This document shows positions 1-9,586 of a stretch of DNA of 64,000 bases, in pieces (the stretch's first letter is position 1; each line of letters opens with the position of its first letter). The translations under genes and the position numbers were made by a program. The notes beneath the pieces are model-generated. The model was not told the DNA's origin, did not search any database, and was given only the letters and a program-made list of their open reading frames with translations. The stretch comes from Nitrospirota bacterium (lineage in GTDB: Bacteria > UBA2233), in assembly GCA_011620345.1 (NCBI GenBank), contig WOZJ01000066.1, positions 1 through 64,000 of the forward strand. The letters are read 5' to 3'.

Positions 1-259
1 CCTTGGAAGGGGAGTAAACCTTTCAACGCATCGATAGAATGGATCTAGAAGGGCTAGGTTTCTCGGAACGGTATTTTCTGGTTGTTAAGCGATTCTGCAA
101 GAAAAGGGCTTTACCGATTAATTCAGCGCAAAAAACTTGCTCAGCTATTCCTTGGTGAAGTGCCGGTGTAGCGCTTTGACCCATGGATCGGCCTTTGGGA
201 GGCTAATCAGACCCGCAACAAGCACCCCTTTCAGACTGAGCGATGGAGGCTTGAAGCGA

Positions 260-2296
260 ATGCAAGACGGCGTTTACCGTTCCGTATGCCCTTTGGATTG
301 TCCCGATGCCTGCGGCCTCATGGTGCGGGTGGAGGGGTGCCTAGTGACTCAGGTTAGAGGAGACCCGGATCATCCCTTCACCAAGGGGTTTATCTGCGCC
401 AAAATGGGCCACTACCCAGACTTGATCAATTCCCCCGCACGAATTTTGACCCCTTTGAAGCGTACTGGGCCCAAGGGCGCAGGACAGTTTGCCCCCATCA
501 CCTGGGAAGATGCCGTGAACGAGATTGTCACCCGCTGGGGCGGCATCATCACCACCCGTGGTGCCGAGGCCATCTTACCCTACTCTTATGGCGGGGTGAT
601 GGGGCTTGTACAGCGCAACGCCGGTCATCCCTTTTTCCACCGCCTGGGTGCTTCCCGCTTGAAGCGGACAATCTGCTCCCCCGCCAGTACTGCCGGCTGG
701 CAAATGGTCATGGGGAATAGCCTAGGGACCGACCCGGAGGCAGTGATTCATGCGGACCTGGTGGTCCTGTGGGGGATAGACGCCGTTGCCACAAACCTTC
801 ACTTCGCTTCCCGAGTACGGGATGCCCAGCGTCAAGGCGCACGTGTGGTCCTGGTCGAGGCCTACAAAAGCCGCACCGCCACCCTGGCCGACCAGTTGGT
901 GCTGGTGCGGCCCGGCACCGACACTGCCCTGGCCCTGGGGATGATGCACGTCCTGGCGGGCGAGGACTTGGTGGATACCGCCTTCATCGACCGACACGTA
1001 ATTGGTTTCCCGGAACTCAGGGCCAACGTTTTGCCCGCCTTCCCACCGTCGCGGGTGGAGGAACTGACCGGGGTGCCGGCGAAGACGATAAGGCAGCTCG
1101 CCCGGGATTACGGCCGCGCCCGGTCGCCCTTTATCCGCATCGGCCGTGGCCTCTCCCGACACGAACAGGGGGGCATGAGTGTGCGTGCGATTTCTTGCCT
1201 GCCTGCCCTGGTGGGGGCTTACGCAAGGGAAGGCGGCGGCGCCTTCCTGGGTACCGGTACCGGCATGGCCTTTGCCATGGATCGGGTTACCCGTCCTGAC
1301 CTGCTTGCTCGCCCCACGCGGGAAATCAACATGGTGCGGCTCGGTCGCGCCCTAACCGAAGCCATGGAGCCGCCGGTGCAGAGCCTTTATGTCTATCATT
1401 CCAACCCCGCCGCCGTGGTTCCAGAACAAAACCTTGTTCTGTCTGGATTAAGTCGTGAAGACCTTTTTACCGTAGTGCACGAGCGCTTCATGACCGATAC
1501 CGCTCGCTACGCCGACATCGTCTTGCCCGCCACATTCTCCGTGGAGCAGCACGACCTTTACGGCAGTTACGGTCACTTCTACGTGCAGCGGACCCGCCCG
1601 GTGGTGGCGCCGTCCGCCGCCGCCAAGAGCAACTGGCAAGCATTCACTCTCCTGGCCCGGGCCCTGGGTTGGAGCGAAGAGCCGTTCCTACGCTCCGAAG
1701 AGGAAATGGTCGACGAACTGCTGGCCCACGAAACGCCCTTCTTGGAAGGTATCGATAGGGAAGCCTTATCCCTTGGCCGGGCCGTACGTCTCAACACCGG
1801 GCACCTTAAGACGCCTCCGTTTCAGACCGCGTCGGGACGTATCGAAATGTACGTCGCAGATGACGCCAACCCCGGCCTGCCGGTATTGCCTGCATACCAG
1901 GCCAACCAAGACCCGGAATGGGAACGGCTTTATCCTTTTTGCTTGCTTACCACGCCGGCCAACTACCTGTTAAACTCAAGCTTCGCCCAGATGGCAACCC
2001 TGGGAGCCAGGGAAGGAGGGCCACGCGTCCTGCTCAACCCGGAGGACTGCCTAGCGCGGGGCTTCGCAGACGGGGAATACTTGGAGGTGTACAATCACCG
2101 GGGGTCTTGTCTCTTGCGGGCAGAGGCCGACGCCGCCGTCCCTCCTGGTGTAGCGGTGATTCCAGGGGTTTGGTGGCTCAAAGACCTTCTGGCAGGGCGC
2201 AACGTCAACAGCCTGGTGGGCGACGATCTTACCGACATGGGCGAAGGTAGTACCTTCTATGCCTATCGAGTCAATTTACGGAGGTTGCAGCCCTAA
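260..2296 (+). CDS. Molybdopterin-dependent oxidoreductase (DMSO reductase superfamily, uncharacterised MopB subgroup)
   Basis: N-terminal CPLDCPDAC...C 4Fe-4S motif, RTICS, TDTARYADIVLPA, C-terminal molybdopterin-binding domain; ATG at 260 follows GGAGG; no Tat signal seen. Confidence 0.9.
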   Translation: MQDGVYRSVCPLDCPDACGLMVRVEGCLVTQVRGDPDHPFTKGFICAKMGHYPDLINSPARILTPLKRTGPKGAGQFAPITWEDAVNEIVTRWGGIITTRGAEAILPYSYGGVMGLVQRNAGHPFFHRLGASRLKRTICSPASTAGWQMVMGNSLGTDPEAVIHADLVVLWGIDAVATNLHFASRVRDAQRQGARVVLVEAYKSRTATLADQLVLVRPGTDTALALGMMHVLAGEDLVDTAFIDRHVIGFPELRANVLPAFPPSRVEELTGVPAKTIRQLARDYGRARSPFIRIGRGLSRHEQGGMSVRAISCLPALVGAYAREGGGAFLGTGTGMAFAMDRVTRPDLLARPTREINMVRLGRALTEAMEPPVQSLYVYHSNPAAVVPEQNLVLSGLSREDLFTVVHERFMTDTARYADIVLPATFSVEQHDLYGSYGHFYVQRTRPVVAPSAAAKSNWQAFTLLARALGWSEEPFLRSEEEMVDELLAHETPFLEGIDREALSLGRAVRLNTGHLKTPPFQTASGRIEMYVADDANPGLPVLPAYQANQDPEWERLYPFCLLTTPANYLLNSSFAQMATLGAREGGPRVLLNPEDCLARGFADGEYLEVYNHRGSCLLRAEADAAVPPGVAVIPGVWWLKDLLAGRNVNSLVGDDLTDMGEGSTFYAYRVNLRRLQP

Positions 2297-2348
2297 TTTC
2301 GGGTTAAAACCAAACCTCTTCAACGATGGGACAAAAGAGGAGGCATGC

Positions 2349-4199
2349 ATGCTTAGGCTTACCAAAAGACCAGGTGGGCGCTACCTTGGAGAAGGGAGGG
2401 CAGCGTTTCTTGTATGGGCACCTTTTAAGGACGAGGTGCGCATCCGTATCGCTTCCCCTCAAGAGCGCTTGATCCCGCTTGAAAAAGACCAGTTCGGGTA
2501 TCATTTTGGAAAAGCCGAAGGTATAGCCCCCGGTAGCCTCTACATGGTTCAATTGGGCGATGGCGAAGAGTTTCCAGACATCGCAAGCATCAGCCAGCCT
2601 AAAGGGGTGCATGGCCCCTCCGAGGTGACAGACGAGGCGTTTTCCTGGACAGACCAATCCTGGAGGGGCTTGCCGCTCGAGGATTACGTCGTATACGAGC
2701 TCCACATCGGCACCTTCAGCAAAGAGGGCACGTTTGAAGGGGCCATTCCTTACCTTGCCGAACTAAAAGAGCTTGGAGTCAGCGCGATCGAGGTCATGCC
2801 AGTGGCCCAGTTTCCTGGCAAGCGAAACTGGGGCTACGACGGTGTGTTCCCGTTTGCCGCGCAGACGAGCTACGGCGGTCTAGCTGGCCTCAAAACGCTG
2901 GTCAACGCATGCCACAGTGCGGGTCTGGCGGTCATCTTGGACGTCATCTACAACCACTTAGGCCCGGAGGGCAACTTCTTCAAGGCCTTTGGGCCGTACT
3001 TTACCGACCGCTACGCGACCCCTTGGGGCGAGGCGATCAATTTTGACGGGGCTTATAGCTTCGGCGTTCGGGAATACTTCATCCAGAACGCGCTGTTTTG
3101 GCTGGATAATTGCCATATCGATGCCTTGAGGCTCGATGCGATCCATGCCATCCTCGACGCCTCCGCCGCCGAGCCTTTTTTGGCTGAGCTGTCCGATCGA
3201 GTTAATGAGCGCGCAAAAACGCTCGGCAGGCGTATTTATTTGATCGGCGAGACGTTTATGGATGACAACCGGGTTATCCGAAAAAGAGCGTTTGGCGGGT
3301 TAGGGCTGGATGCGCTATGGAACGACGACTTTCACCACGCCGCCCATGCGTACCTGACAAAAGAACGCGTTGGCTACTATGAGGATTATGGCGATCTTCA
3401 AGCCCTGAAAGCGACCATGAAGGATGCCTTCGTCTACCAAGGCCAATACTCGAGCTACTTCAAGCGTGCGCACGGGACGTCAAGCAAAGGCTTTAGCGGA
3501 AAACATTTCGTCGTGTTCTCACAAAACCACGACCAAGTAGGAAACCGCATGCTCGGCGAAAGGCTCGTTTCGCTTGCCGGGTTTGAAAAGGCGAAGCTTG
3601 CCGCCGCGTTCGCCGTCTTTTCCCCCTACGTGCCGCTTTTTTTCATGGGCGAAGAGTACGCCGAGAAAGCCCCATTCCTGTACTTTATCGACCATGAAGA
3701 CCCTAAGCTTATCGAAGCGGTGAGGAAAGGCAGAAAAGAGGAGTTTGCTTCGTTCGCTTGGCAAGGAGAGCCGCCGGACCCTTACGCCTTGGAGACGTTC
3801 GAAGCCTCGCGGTTGAACCACGCGCTCAAGCAAGAAGGCCCGCACAAGGCGATGCTTGCCTTTTACAAAGAGATCCTTGCCTTAAGGCGCCGCCTTCTAT
3901 TTCTTTCTACACTCGACAAGGAAGCGCAGGAGCTCGTCTTGTTCGAAAAAAGCCAGACGCTTTTTATTGCGAGGGGCAGCCAGCCTGACATGGGATACCT
4001 TATTTTTCATTTTGGTCAAGAACGCGCAAGCCTGCTGCTTCCATTTGCAAAGGGCGAGTATCAAAAGGCGCTCGATTCCGCAGAGCCCAAGTGGAACGGC
4101 CAAGGAAGCGGCCTTCCAGAGCGCTTCTGTTGCGAGGGCGAAACAGAGCTTTCCCTATCGCCCTTATCTGTCGCACTGTACGTTAGGCAATCCCCATGA
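2349..4199 (+). CDS. treZ: Malto-oligosyltrehalose trehalohydrolase (GH13)
   Basis: VWAP, YELHIGTF, NWGYDGV, DVIYNHLGPEGN, LRLDAIHAI, QNHDQVGNR; ATG 2349 after GAGGAGG; adjacent to treY. Confidence 0.95.
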   Translation: MLRLTKRPGGRYLGEGRAAFLVWAPFKDEVRIRIASPQERLIPLEKDQFGYHFGKAEGIAPGSLYMVQLGDGEEFPDIASISQPKGVHGPSEVTDEAFSWTDQSWRGLPLEDYVVYELHIGTFSKEGTFEGAIPYLAELKELGVSAIEVMPVAQFPGKRNWGYDGVFPFAAQTSYGGLAGLKTLVNACHSAGLAVILDVIYNHLGPEGNFFKAFGPYFTDRYATPWGEAINFDGAYSFGVREYFIQNALFWLDNCHIDALRLDAIHAILDASAAEPFLAELSDRVNERAKTLGRRIYLIGETFMDDNRVIRKRAFGGLGLDALWNDDFHHAAHAYLTKERVGYYEDYGDLQALKATMKDAFVYQGQYSSYFKRAHGTSSKGFSGKHFVVFSQNHDQVGNRMLGERLVSLAGFEKAKLAAAFAVFSPYVPLFFMGEEYAEKAPFLYFIDHEDPKLIEAVRKGRKEEFASFAWQGEPPDPYALETFEASRLNHALKQEGPHKAMLAFYKEILALRRRLLFLSTLDKEAQELVLFEKSQTLFIARGSQPDMGYLIFHFGQERASLLLPFAKGEYQKALDSAEPKWNGQGSGLPERFCCEGETELSLSPLSVALYVRQSP

Positions 4200-7045
4200 A
4201 CGGGATCGTTTCCGCATACCGGCTTCAAGCGTTCAAGGACTTTCCTTTTGAGCGGGCCGAGGCGATCCTTCCTTACTTGAAAAAGCTTGGTATCTCCACG
4301 CTCTACCTCTCCCCCATCACGAAGGCAAGGGAGGGCTCGAACCACGGCTACGACGTCGTCGATCCTACGCAGGTTAACCCGGAGCTCGGAGGGCGGGATG
4401 GTTTCGAGCGCCTCTACCAGGCGGCCAAGGAGTTGGGGCTGAACATCTTGGTCGACATCGTCCCAAACCACATGGCTGTCAGCCTAGAGAACCCGTGGTG
4501 GATGGATATTCTAGAGCACGGGCCCTCTTCGCCCTACGCGCATTTTTTTGATATCGACTGGAACCCCTCTTTTGGCCCTGTCGAGAATCGGGTGCTCTTG
4601 CCGGTTTTAGGCATGCCGTTTGGCGAGGCTATCGAAAATGGAGAGCTCTCGGTAATTTTCGAAGCGGGGTCTTTTTGGCTGGAATACTCTGGCAACCGGC
4701 TTCCAATCGAGCCTAAGTCGTACGGCGCCATTTTAAATAAAGACCTTACATCCTTTAAAGATCGTTCCCAGCCCGACCCAGGGGCGTTTAAGGAGCTCAT
4801 GTCGATCCTCGATACCCTCGAAGAGCTTCCTTTGCATACGGACAAGGCGCAGACGGCCATTCAAAAGCGAAGAGCCCTTACTGCCGAGGTCAAGCAAAGG
4901 CTCTCAAGCCTCCATGAAACATCCCAGGCGTTCCAAGGATTCCTTCAAGAAGGCTTGGAACGCCTATCTGGCACCAAGAACGACCCGGAGAGCTTTCTTG
5001 AGCTTGAATCCCTCCTTTTAAAGCAGCCCTACCAGCTCGTTTTCTGGCAGGCGGGGCTTAAGGAGATCAACTTTAGGCGTTTTTTCGACGTCAACGAGCT
5101 CGTCGGGGTTTGCGTCGAAAAAGAGGACGTGCTCGTTGCAACCCATGCGCTGATCTTCGATTTGGCCGCCCAAGGAAAGATTGCAGGCGTTAGGATTGAC
5201 CATATTGACGGGCTTTTCGACCCCGAAGGGTACTTGAAAAGCCTCGTTTCTGGCCTCCAAGCAAGAGGGAACCCCTGCCCTATCGTGGTCGAAAAAATTC
5301 TTGCCCGTGGAGAGTGGCTGCCAGAGTCGTGGCCCGTCAGGGCCACGACGGGCTATGACTTCCTGAACGCAACGACTAGGCTCTTTGTTGACCCAGAGGG
5401 CAAACAGGCCCTAGAGGGCCTAAATGCCGATCTGAACCCAAAATCTCTACCCTTTCGTCAGGTCGTACAGAAAAGCAAGCGTTTGGTCATCGGAGCGTCT
5501 TTTCAAAGCGAGGTTACCGCGCTATGGTACCGGCTGTCGATTCTGGCTAAGGCCTACCGCTACGCCCTTGATTTGCCGCTTAGGGAGCTAAGAAAGCTTC
5601 TTGAAGAGGTAAGCGCCGAGCTTGACGTCTACCGTACCTACGTTCGCGACCCAAACCCCTCTAAAGAGGATAAAGAACGAATCTTCGAGGCAATCGAGAG
5701 GGCGAAGGGGCTTAACAAAACGCTCGAAGAAAGGGGCTTTCGCTTCCTAGGCGACCTTCTTACGCTGCAAATTCCAAAACACCTTGAAGAGAGCTACGGC
5801 AAGGATTGGCTTGCGTTTGTTATGAACTGGCAGCAGTTTAGCTCTCCTGTGATGGCCAAGGGCTACGAGGATACCGCGCTGTACAACTACCCCAGGCTTG
5901 TCTCGCTTAACGAGGTAGGCGGCGATCCAGAAAGGTTTGGGGATGACCCGCGGGCATTCCATGCCTTTATTCAGGATCGGGGTAAAAGCGCCCCTGGCAG
6001 CCTTTCGGCCAGCTCTACGCACGACACCAAGCGGAGCGAGGATGTGCGGGCTAGGATCAGCGTCCTTTCGGAGCTGCCCTCTGAGTTTCGCAGGCATGTC
6101 AAAGCATGGAGGCGGCTCTTGGCGCCCGCAAGAACGCGCGTTGGAAGAGAGTCCTACCCAGACCCGAATGCAGAGCTTTTGTTTTACCAAACTCTCCTCG
6201 GCGCCTGGCCGCTCGACAAATCAGAGCTTGAAGGGTTGCCAGACCGAATGGCGGCGTATATGCTCAAAACCGCCAAAGAGGCCAAGGCCAAAACGAGCTG
6301 GATCGAGCCGAACGAAGCTTACGAGCGCGCGCTCGAAGCGTTTGTCAGGAACGCACTCGACCAAAAAACTTCCGAGGGGTTCCTTAAGGCTTTTTTGGGT
6401 TTTCAACCAGCCGTTGCCTTCTATGGGGCGTTAAACGGCCTTTCTCAGGCCACGCTCAAGCTTATGGCCCCAGGGGTTCCAGATACCTACCAGGGCACGG
6501 AGCTCTGGGATTTCAGCCTAGTCGACCCGGACAACCGAAGGCCAGTAGATTACTGCAAGCGAAAAACCATGTTAGATGGGCTCCAAGTAAGGGCCGCCAA
6601 GGGGCTAGACGAGCTTTTAAGGGATTTGCTGGCCTCTTGGGAGGACGGGCGCGTCAAGCTTTACGTCACCTGGAGGCTTTTAACGCTCAGGCAGGAAAAT
6701 CCAGACCTGTTCCTTGAAGGGGATTACCTCCCACTCGAAGTTGTAGGCAAAAAAAAGGACCACGCCGTCGCGTTTCAAAGAAGGCTCAAGGACCGTTCCG
6801 TGATCGTCGTCATTCCAAGGCTTACGAGCGCGCTTACCAAACCGGGCATCTTTCCTTTAGGAAAGGCCGTCTGGGAAAAGACGACCCTCGAAATGCCTAA
6901 GGACTCTCCAAAGCGCTTTAGAAGCGTTTTTACCGCGCAAGATATCGAAAGTTCGCAAGGGAAGCTGCCTCTGGCAAACGTGTTTTCAGGCTTTCCCATC
7001 GGAGTCTTTCTTGGCAATGAGGCAAAGGAGGAAGAACGGGCATGA
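4196..7045 (+). CDS. treY: Malto-oligosyltrehalose synthase
   Basis: YRLQ, HGYDVVDP, DIVPNHM, RIDHIDGL, VEKIL, STHDTKRSEDVRAR, SLVDPDNRRPVDY; ATGA overlap with treZ. Confidence 0.95.
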   Translation: MNGIVSAYRLQAFKDFPFERAEAILPYLKKLGISTLYLSPITKAREGSNHGYDVVDPTQVNPELGGRDGFERLYQAAKELGLNILVDIVPNHMAVSLENPWWMDILEHGPSSPYAHFFDIDWNPSFGPVENRVLLPVLGMPFGEAIENGELSVIFEAGSFWLEYSGNRLPIEPKSYGAILNKDLTSFKDRSQPDPGAFKELMSILDTLEELPLHTDKAQTAIQKRRALTAEVKQRLSSLHETSQAFQGFLQEGLERLSGTKNDPESFLELESLLLKQPYQLVFWQAGLKEINFRRFFDVNELVGVCVEKEDVLVATHALIFDLAAQGKIAGVRIDHIDGLFDPEGYLKSLVSGLQARGNPCPIVVEKILARGEWLPESWPVRATTGYDFLNATTRLFVDPEGKQALEGLNADLNPKSLPFRQVVQKSKRLVIGASFQSEVTALWYRLSILAKAYRYALDLPLRELRKLLEEVSAELDVYRTYVRDPNPSKEDKERIFEAIERAKGLNKTLEERGFRFLGDLLTLQIPKHLEESYGKDWLAFVMNWQQFSSPVMAKGYEDTALYNYPRLVSLNEVGGDPERFGDDPRAFHAFIQDRGKSAPGSLSASSTHDTKRSEDVRARISVLSELPSEFRRHVKAWRRLLAPARTRVGRESYPDPNAELLFYQTLLGAWPLDKSELEGLPDRMAAYMLKTAKEAKAKTSWIEPNEAYERALEAFVRNALDQKTSEGFLKAFLGFQPAVAFYGALNGLSQATLKLMAPGVPDTYQGTELWDFSLVDPDNRRPVDYCKRKTMLDGLQVRAAKGLDELLRDLLASWEDGRVKLYVTWRLLTLRQENPDLFLEGDYLPLEVVGKKKDHAVAFQRRLKDRSVIVVIPRLTSALTKPGIFPLGKAVWEKTTLEMPKDSPKRFRSVFTAQDIESSQGKLPLANVFSGFPIGVFLGNEAKEEERA

Positions 7046-7377
7046 TGGAAACCCAAGGGGGCCTTTCGATCGTTCTTACGACGCTTCCTAGCCAAGAAGA
7101 CGCCCAAAAGATCGCCGAGACGCTCGTTAAGGAGCATCTCGTTGCCTGCGCAAGCTTTCTTGATGGCGTTTTTTCGGCCTACTTCTGGAATGACAACTTA
7201 GAAAAGGCCCTCGAGGTGCTTTTGTGGCTTAAAGTACCCGACAAAACGCTCGCTGCCGCCAAAGAAAGGCTTCAAGCCCTCCACCCCTACGAGGTACCGG
7301 AGATTCTTACGCTACGTGCCTTAGAAGTCAACCAAGCCTACCTTGCGTGGGCCATCAAAGCCACGAGGCAAGAATAA
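7042..7377 (+). CDS. cutA: Divalent-cation tolerance protein CutA
   Basis: LVACAS, HPYEVPEI, YLAW; 111 aa; ATGA overlap with treY. Confidence 0.9.
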   Translation: MMETQGGLSIVLTTLPSQEDAQKIAETLVKEHLVACASFLDGVFSAYFWNDNLEKALEVLLWLKVPDKTLAAAKERLQALHPYEVPEILTLRALEVNQAYLAWAIKATRQE

Positions 7378-7537
7378 GCAGCGCGGCCTTTTGCTCGTTC
7401 AAAAGCATCGCCAAGCCTTAGGAGAGGGCGAGACTTCGTCTGAGGGGTCGGGCACTCGGCTTTGGCTGAATCGGTTTTCTTGGAAGTACTTGGACGGCGT
7501 TTTCTCGATCGGCCGGAAACCATAAAGGAAAGACAGT

Positions 7538-8767
7538 ATGGAAGCGAAAGAGCTAAAAGAACGGGTGGCCCGGTCCCAGAATTCCCTCATCGAGGCGCAA
7601 ATCAAACTTACCCAGACCAAGGCGATCGGGCCTGACAACGGGGGCGAGGGAGAGATGGACAGGGCAAGACTGATCAAAGGCTGGCTTGGGTTTGCCGATG
7701 CGCTAGAGGAGTATTTCGCGCCCGATTCGAGGGCCAAGGAGGGAGTTCGTCCGAACCTTTTGGCCCGCGTGTTTGGCAAGGACCGCTCCAGGGCGCTTTG
7801 GGTCGTCTCGCACCTCGATACCGTTCCCGAGGGCGATCTTGGGCTTTGGCGGAGCGATCCGTTCCAGGCTTACGTGAAGGACGGAAGCGTGTTCGGGAGA
7901 GGAGTTGAGGACAACCAGCAGGCGATCGTATGCAGCCTGTTTGCATCAAAGCTTATCCTAGACGCTGGCCTCCTTCCGGAAATGGACGTCAATTTGCTCT
8001 TTTTGGCCGACGAGGAGACGGGCAACGCTTACGGAATCGAATACCTTTTCAAGGAGCACGCGGCACTCTTTGGCCAAGACGACCTCTATGTCGTATCCGA
8101 CTGGGGATCCAACGAGGGCGATGTCATCGAGGTTGCCGAAAAGTCGCTGCTTTGGGTACGAGTGCTCGTAGAAGGAAGGCAAACGCACGCCTCCACGCCG
8201 CATCTTGGGAACAACGCTCACCGTGCCGGGGCGCATTTGCTCGTCAGCCTAGATCGTGCTCTGCATGCGCGCTTTCCTTTGGAAGACCCGATTTTCAGCC
8301 CGTCTACCTCGACGTTCGAGCCTACCAAGAAAGAGGCGAACGTGGGCAACGTGAACACCATCCCAGGAAGGGACGCGTTCTGCTTCGATTGTCGCGTCCT
8401 CCCGTCCGTGTCCTTGGAAGAGATTCTTGGCGTGTTCGAGGAGGAAAAAAGACGTGTCGAGCAGGCTTACGGCGTTTCTGCCGCCGTGGAAATTCTCCAG
8501 AGGGTAGACGCGCCAAAGCCCACGAGTTCGGAGGCTCCCGTGATTCTTGGCCTTTCGCGCGCCCTCGAGACGATGCTCGGGGTACACCCAAGGCTTGTGG
8601 GAATCGGCGGCGGGACGATTGCCGCGCCCCTTCGCAGGGTGGGGCTCCAAGCGGCCGTTTGGAGCAAGCTCGAAGGAACGGCCCACCAGCCGAACGAGTC
8701 GTGTCCGGTCGCGAACATGCTCGACACGACGGCAGTTCTTGCATACATGATGCTACAAAGACTCTAA
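7538..8767 (+). CDS. M20 family metallohydrolase (DapE/ArgE-like)
   Basis: SHLDTVP, GRGVEDN, ADEETG, AEK, HAS, GGGT, AHQPNE. Confidence 0.9.
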   Translation: MEAKELKERVARSQNSLIEAQIKLTQTKAIGPDNGGEGEMDRARLIKGWLGFADALEEYFAPDSRAKEGVRPNLLARVFGKDRSRALWVVSHLDTVPEGDLGLWRSDPFQAYVKDGSVFGRGVEDNQQAIVCSLFASKLILDAGLLPEMDVNLLFLADEETGNAYGIEYLFKEHAALFGQDDLYVVSDWGSNEGDVIEVAEKSLLWVRVLVEGRQTHASTPHLGNNAHRAGAHLLVSLDRALHARFPLEDPIFSPSTSTFEPTKKEANVGNVNTIPGRDAFCFDCRVLPSVSLEEILGVFEEEKRRVEQAYGVSAAVEILQRVDAPKPTSSEAPVILGLSRALETMLGVHPRLVGIGGGTIAAPLRRVGLQAAVWSKLEGTAHQPNESCPVANMLDTTAVLAYMMLQRL

Positions 8768-9475
8768 CACGGCCTCAAGACATTTGGCTTCGGCCTTCTG
8801 GAAAGGCTCCGAGAAAAAGCCGATCTCATGGGTGGCCAGGTTGTCCGAAACGACCAAGGCTGCGGCCGAGTGAGCGTGAAAGGCGTGGCTCAAGGCAAAA
8901 AAGACGCTCGTGACCATGTCGACGCCAACGACGTTCCAGGCCTGCATTTGTGCGACAAACTCTGGCGTTTCCCTAAGGAAGGCATCGAGAGAGCATACAA
9001 GGCCGGCATGGAGCCCAAGACCCTTTTGGCCAAGCGCGCTTTCTGTGTCCGCTAAGAGCTTTGGGCAGGCCACGTAGGGGACCTCTTTTGACAGATATGC
9101 CTCGCTCGTGCCTTCCTTACTGATGGCGCCGGTAGCCAAGATGACGTCTCCGATGGAAACGTGCTCATCAAGCGCCCCGCAGCTTCCTACGCGAACGACG
9201 CGCCTTACGCCCAGCGCAAACGCCATTTCGAGCGCGAGCGCCGCCTGAGGGGCGAAAAGGCCTGACAATCCCACAATCCAGTCTCCTGCGGGCGCCTTTG
9301 CTTCGTAGAGCTCTACCCCTAAAAACGAAACGATCGGCCGGACCTCGCTTAGCCTCTCGAAGAGCACATCCAGCCGTTCTTTTTGACCCACGAACAGTGC
9401 TTTTGCCGGATAGGCCCTCTCAAAGTCGGCTCCGAAGGCCATAAGGAGCCCCTTTGCCGTAATGTGCGCATCCAT
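8753..9475 (-). CDS. Nucleoside phosphorylase family protein (PNP/UDP, NP-I fold)
   Basis: VRVGSCG, IGDVILATGA, EGTS..Y, DAFLRET, GVDM, VVSDNL. Confidence 0.8.
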   Translation of the reverse strand: MDAHITAKGLLMAFGADFERAYPAKALFVGQKERLDVLFERLSEVRPIVSFLGVELYEAKAPAGDWIVGLSGLFAPQAALALEMAFALGVRRVVRVGSCGALDEHVSIGDVILATGAISKEGTSEAYLSKEVPYVACPKLLADTESALGQKGLGLHAGLVCSLDAFLRETPEFVAQMQAWNVVGVDMVTSVFFALSHAFHAHSAAALVVSDNLATHEIGFFSEPFQKAEAKCLEAVLESL

Positions 9476-9508
9476 GCCCTGGATCTCCTAGGGTTAGTTT
9501 TTCAAACC

Positions 9509-9559
9509 ATCATAGTCGAATGTTTGCTGCTTGCAAAGTTTACATCTAAAGCATATACT
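9509..9559. promoter_or_regulatory. Overlapping divergent sigma-70 promoters sharing a palindromic TTGCAA -35 box
   Basis: Plus: TTGCAA(9531-9536)-17 nt-TATACT(9554-9559); minus: TTGCAA-16 nt-TATGAT(9514-9509). Confidence 0.5.
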
Positions 9560-9586
9560 GCTAAAAAAGTAAGCGGGAAAGAACCG

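Noticed and set aside
7343-7525. 60 aa ORF containing LDGVFS, also present in cutA
   Set aside because: Similarity is limited to 6 residues; no RBS; likely chance
7930-8913. 327 aa alternate-frame ORF
   Set aside because: Arg-rich shadow of the M20 gene
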